Below are positions 59,732 through 64,000 of a stretch of DNA of 64,000 nucleotides, piece by piece; position 1 is the stretch's first letter, and the number at the start of each line of letters is the position of its first letter. This stretch comes from Alphaproteobacteria bacterium (GTDB lineage: Bacteria > Pseudomonadota > Alphaproteobacteria > SP197): contig OZ219920.1 of assembly GCA_964291415.2 (NCBI GenBank), forward strand, positions 416,001 to 480,000, in the 5' to 3' direction. Under the pieces are notes generated by a model, which ran no database searches, was not told where the DNA came from, and saw only the letters and a list, made by a program, of their open reading frames with translations. The translations under genes and the position numbers were made by a program.

Positions 59732-62700
59732 TCAATCGACTTCTACACCATACCCTGCATATCGAACCTCGGGCATTGCGTCCGCCTTTGCTTCTTTGAT
59801 ACAGGTCTCCGTAAACCTTTCAACTACCCCGCCCTTTCGCAGCGCCATGCAAATTTCCACGACCGCCTTCCTTTGCAACCCAACGTCTGAGCTACGAGTT
59901 TCATCCTCCCAATTTCTGTAATCTGTTTCCGCCCACATCAATTCCAGAGCTGCCACAAGTCGGCCAACATCCTCCTTAGGCACATTGCCTGCTTCCGCAA
60001 ATTTCTGCACCCAGATTAGCGCACCCAGCAGTCCAGGCTCCCGTCTCATTACACAAATGGAAAGAATGTCACTAACAATCTCCGGTGGTATCTGATCGCT
60101 CAACTCCTCAAACCAAAAAACCGCGTTTAATGCCATGTTGATGATATCTGAATCGTGGCTGATCAATCCTTTTTGGATAAGTCGAGTCGCACGATCCCGT
60201 AATTCCGGAACCTTGCTAGCTATTACAGGCGCGGCACAAATCAAATGTGGTCTATCCAATGACTCAATTCTTACCAAAAGATCGTCAACCTTTGCTCGAT
60301 CACCACCGAACACCGAACTAGAAGGTAGCACGGTCGAAGCCAAACACCGTCCCATGCGTATCATAATATTTCGATCTTCTATGCCACGATCCACAAATGG
60401 ATCGCGCATCTTGGGTCTAGGTCTCCATTGAAGAATATTTTCCAGTATTTTATCCGCATCTTTGACGTCTAGCATAAACGGACTATACTTTCTATTCTCA
60501 TCGAATGACACTCCATCTAGACTCACCAGACTATCTTCGGTCATATTTCCTTGTACTAGTTCGGCTACCACGGTCTTCTGAAAAATCTCTTCACCATTTT
60601 GATTCTCCGCGTCTGGGAGTAGACGAATAATGTGTGGGTACAATGCACACGCCGCTGGACTACCATCCTCGCTTACATGACTCCAAATTGCGCCTCCGTA
60701 CTCATCAATCTCATGCTCCGTCAACAAGTCGGCCTGACTTAGCTCGAATAACCTATATATTGCGTCTCCCCGCGACACATCACAACTCCCTTCCGCCGCA
60801 ACACGGCACATTCTTTCTATCACACCCGGCCACTCACTGGTTCGCGTTGCGTGCCGCCAAACCTCTACATCCATCACTTCCAACACAGCAGTCCAATTGA
60901 CCGTCTCCTTAGCCACCAAATCCTTTTCGCAGGCGAATGGAAGTTTAAGGAGAATAAGGCACACCTCCGATCTTCGATTTGGTTCTACTGCCGCCAAGCT
61001 TCTTGCGATTAGAGTCGCTAAATTAGGAAAGAAATTGTGCGATACATGATCGTACCGCCGTGCCAGCCTTGCTCCAAATCGGATCAGATCCAATGCTTCC
61101 TCTGTTCCACATCGCATAGAGAGAAACGACAACACTTCTAGCAGCGCCGTGGCGATTTCCGGTCTGTTAGACCATGTTCTGTATGATGGGTCGAAAGCCC
61201 CTTGGTCAACTCTCCTCAACATGAAGTCTATCGCAGCGGTGATTCTTTCGATCATGTCTCGGACTAGATCAATGTCGATTCTCGCAACCAAGGAGCGCGA
61301 GAATTGTTCCCGTATTGCATCTAGTCGCCCATTTACAACACACCTCAAACTCCACCATATGCGCAATCTCTGGTCTTGATGCGAACATAAGGTTGCGTCT
61401 GTAAACCGTGATGCCAGCAAATCTGTATGTCCTAAACGAAGAGGTACGCCCACTACTTCAGATAGCCAGACAAGTTCCGCGTCTGGAAACGCCACTCCGA
61501 CTCCGTAGAACTTCCTGCCAGGAACAACGTAACTGCCGGGATCAAAGCTGGGTACCCGAGTCCGAAAGGCCGCAGCTCGGTCCTTCGAAGCCTTCACTAT
61601 CTCAGCATCTTGCCAATGTACCTCCTCCCACGGGTCTGTTCTCGCCTCTCTGTATCGAGTATTAGCCCCTTCCTGTTTGTGCTCAAATCCTAGTTTGGAA
61701 AGTTCGTAACGCGCCGCATCCAACAGCCAAGACGCCCATGCCTCCCTTGACAATAGCCAAATTGAGTTCGGACTTTGAGCGCGACGGTCCTTTATGACGC
61801 GGAAAGCTTCGTACACAAGTTGTACTGGCTCTCGTGAGTCTCCCAGCTCACTCAACAAAGCAGCGCGTCGAATCTTCCAAATAGGATCATCACCCTCAAT
61901 CTTGTCGATATGGTTCATCATTGAAGCATAATCCTGATATTCCCGCGCCATTAGACATCTTTCGTAACTTGCCTCAGCAACAGCAATGGGACTATTCAGT
62001 GCCTCTAGCAGTTCCACTCTCTCCTCAAAAGGAGCAACATCATGGCTCCTACGTGCGGCTTGTGTCAGTCCGCGTCGCAAAATTACGCGGTCTTCTAATG
62101 GAAGTATGCGATCCCTGTCTTGTGCGACTATTTCGTGAACTTGGCGCTCCAAAGAATCAGTAAGCACATTGAACGAAACGTGGTGACGCCATACTACCTC
62201 AACAGCGAGCCGAACATTGTTGACAAGCGATGTGTCCAAATCAAAACTCTGCAAAGCTCGCAGTTCGTACATCAACTCAGAGCGTATTTGCCAACGATAC
62301 GACACCGGCATTACTAACCAGCCAGGATATGCTCGTCTATCGGACTGCAACATTTCAACTACTTCGTCTTCGCTGAGTGGCGTGCCTGTTCCTTTCGAGT
62401 TGTCCGCAAGTTTGGATATGTTCCATTCAGCAGGACGGGGACGACCTTCCTGCATAAAGTGGAGAAACATTTGCGTTGCGCAATAGTGGCGGTCATCGCC
62501 TACTTGGTCACGCACCAAGGGCGTAAGATCGATGACAGTCACGTTTCGCTCTTCAAAGTATCGACGGCGGGAATGGGACAGATCGAGCGCACCAATAAGC
62601 CGGATAGGTCGAGCAGACGATTCAAGATGATCCCGAACCCACCCGGACCACTCAATGAAGTTCGGATCATTGCCGGAAAAGCCCAACATACAGAGCTCGT

Positions 62701-63310
62701 TTTGAAGAAGCACTTGTCGGGCGAGGTTAACAAAGGCGGGAAATTCTGTTGGGTATTTTCGAAAATCCTCTTCCGTAAATGTGAATGGCCCGTGAGAGGG
62801 CAAGGTGCCATGGAGCTTTGTAATACGTGGAGAAGTGGTTCTAGCAATATCCGAGGTAGTACGAACTACGTCATAGGTCATGTCAGGGTTTTGCTGGACT
62901 GTTCGTTCCAGTAAAGTATCCCAGTTTGTGGTAAGCACGTCATTCCACGGGAGCTTGAGCAATTGGCTATGGAGGTCGCCAGGGCTCCATTCCGTGTCGC
63001 GAACCTTATCACGGATCAGATTTTCTAAAGCGCTTGGACCCAGCGCGGCACTATACTCTTGCGCCAATGCTAGCGGGTCGTGGCTAGCAGGAGTGTCGTC
63101 GTGGGGGTAAAGCTCCGCCAACATCGAATGCACGAAATCGTGCCACAAGGGAGGCTTAGGGACCGTTTCAGCGGCTCTCTTAGCAAACCTGCTAAATCCG
63201 GACCCAACCATAACCGCTGCACCGCGTATTGACCCCTTGTTCCATAGCGCGTCGCGAATTTGGCAAAGGGCGGCGTAGTCCGGCAATGAAGAAATGTCGG
63301 GATTTGTCAT
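59732..63310 (-). CDS. Large SIR2-domain protein (DSR-like defence-associated sirtuin/NADase)
   Basis: VGSGFS, LTTNWDTLLE, ITKLHG, LGFSGNDPNF, then about 900 aa of C-terminal region. Visibly AT-richer than the host DNA. Confidence 0.85.
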   Translation of the reverse strand: MTNPDISSLPDYAALCQIRDALWNKGSIRGAAVMVGSGFSRFAKRAAETVPKPPLWHDFVHSMLAELYPHDDTPASHDPLALAQEYSAALGPSALENLIRDKVRDTEWSPGDLHSQLLKLPWNDVLTTNWDTLLERTVQQNPDMTYDVVRTTSDIARTTSPRITKLHGTLPSHGPFTFTEEDFRKYPTEFPAFVNLARQVLLQNELCMLGFSGNDPNFIEWSGWVRDHLESSARPIRLIGALDLSHSRRRYFEERNVTVIDLTPLVRDQVGDDRHYCATQMFLHFMQEGRPRPAEWNISKLADNSKGTGTPLSEDEVVEMLQSDRRAYPGWLVMPVSYRWQIRSELMYELRALQSFDLDTSLVNNVRLAVEVVWRHHVSFNVLTDSLERQVHEIVAQDRDRILPLEDRVILRRGLTQAARRSHDVAPFEERVELLEALNSPIAVAEASYERCLMAREYQDYASMMNHIDKIEGDDPIWKIRRAALLSELGDSREPVQLVYEAFRVIKDRRAQSPNSIWLLSREAWASWLLDAARYELSKLGFEHKQEGANTRYREARTDPWEEVHWQDAEIVKASKDRAAAFRTRVPSFDPGSYVVPGRKFYGVGVAFPDAELVWLSEVVGVPLRLGHTDLLASRFTDATLCSHQDQRLRIWWSLRCVVNGRLDAIREQFSRSLVARIDIDLVRDMIERITAAIDFMLRRVDQGAFDPSYRTWSNRPEIATALLEVLSFLSMRCGTEEALDLIRFGARLARRYDHVSHNFFPNLATLIARSLAAVEPNRRSEVCLILLKLPFACEKDLVAKETVNWTAVLEVMDVEVWRHATRTSEWPGVIERMCRVAAEGSCDVSRGDAIYRLFELSQADLLTEHEIDEYGGAIWSHVSEDGSPAACALYPHIIRLLPDAENQNGEEIFQKTVVAELVQGNMTEDSLVSLDGVSFDENRKYSPFMLDVKDADKILENILQWRPRPKMRDPFVDRGIEDRNIMIRMGRCLASTVLPSSSVFGGDRAKVDDLLVRIESLDRPHLICAAPVIASKVPELRDRATRLIQKGLISHDSDIINMALNAVFWFEELSDQIPPEIVSDILSICVMRREPGLLGALIWVQKFAEAGNVPKEDVGRLVAALELMWAETDYRNWEDETRSSDVGLQRKAVVEICMALRKGGVVERFTETCIKEAKADAMPEVRYAGYGVEVD

Positions 63311-63732
63311 GTAACGGACACTCCAGTCGCACGAAACGCTCTCGCAGATATCGTCAATCGGTCCCGCACAAGAACGTGCAGAGCGGCATCTCTACGGCCG
63401 ACAGGAACGGCTCGGACAGTTCGTCGAGAATCGCTCCCATTCGTCCGTGGAAGCGGAGTGATTGATGCCCTCCGCGACAAGAACACTAGCTTCTTCATTT
63501 CCTGACTCCTGCGCGGATCCTACGGTCCCGCCCAATCTATCAGCTGATCCCCTAACCGTAGCCTGCGGACGCGTTCGCCGCGTGCTGCGAATACTCCCCA
63601 GCCTCTCGACCCGTTCCCTGAATGTGTCCGCCAGGAGGCCGAGGCCGGTGGCGGTCGGCCGAGGCTGTTGTCCCCGAGTGGACCAGCCACCGCATTCCTG
63701 GACATTCGGAAAGTTGTGCACGGGGTCCCACC

Positions 63733-64000
63733 ATGGCTACCACCACCAAGAAACGTCGTCACTCCATATCTCCTTCCGGAACCGATGAAAACTCCCACTC
63801 TGCGCTCGTGAATTATGCCAGCAACGGGGAAGGGATCGCTTGCAAGTTTGCCATCAATGAACCCCTGGAGACCAACTTCCCTATCCCGTCACAATGCGCA
63901 GACCTGATTGGTCGCGGAGCGCTGTTGGCACTTTCCCACTCCGGCGGAAAGGACAGTCAGGCCATGACCATCCTGCTCTCCCGCGTCGTTCCCCGAGACC
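63733..64000 (+). CDS. PAPS-reductase family (PP-loop) protein, 5' part (start uncertain)
   Basis: Manual translation ...RGALLALSHSGGKDSQAMTILL; open to the window edge. Confidence 0.75.
   Translation, partial: MATTTKKRRHSISPSGTDENSHSALVNYASNGEGIACKFAINEPLETNFPIPSQCADLIGRGALLALSHSGGKDSQAMTILLSRVVPRD

Noticed and set aside
63307-63498. Small ORF overlapping the start of the SIR2 gene (possible partner)
   Set aside because: No recognisable motif and it appears degenerate; cannot be supported.

Overview
High-GC alphaproteobacterial chromosome segment (pur/bolA/grxD and smc gene order). The eukaryote-type sterol methyltransferase, amine-catabolism genes and dense toxin-antitoxin content suggest an uncultured marine, possibly sponge-associated symbiont (inference). 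Left to right: the typA 5' end; a PotABCD-like ABC importer with Rieske oxygenase, cupin, MBL hydrolase and a frameshifted quinone reductase; gene debris; a DUF6338 gene coupled to a Pro/Ser-rich micro-peptide; a hidden PrdB/GrdB-like selenoprotein (in-frame TGA, UxxC motif, SECIS-like hairpin) upstream of a partial Sox module (soxYZ, diheme cytochrome c, soxF, YeeE); a sterol C-24 methyltransferase; the pur cluster, whose PurC has lost many catalytic residues; a split corrinoid/methyl-THF methyl-transfer cluster coupled to purB; smc and dsbA; a TA hotspot (nonsense-mutated brnT, two and a half AbiE systems, a 731-bp duplication, GNAT/DUF1778); a peptide-type ABC system with Rieske and flavin enzymes; and a defence-island edge (RIT element inside an integrase, intact integrase, 1192-aa SIR2 protein, PAPS-reductase-like gene start). 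Strongest novelty candidates: the selenoprotein beside the Sox module, the degenerate PurC, the sterol methyltransferase and the DUF6338/peptide pair. No rRNA, tRNA or CRISPR array was recognised. All calls come from motifs read by eye; no database searches were run.
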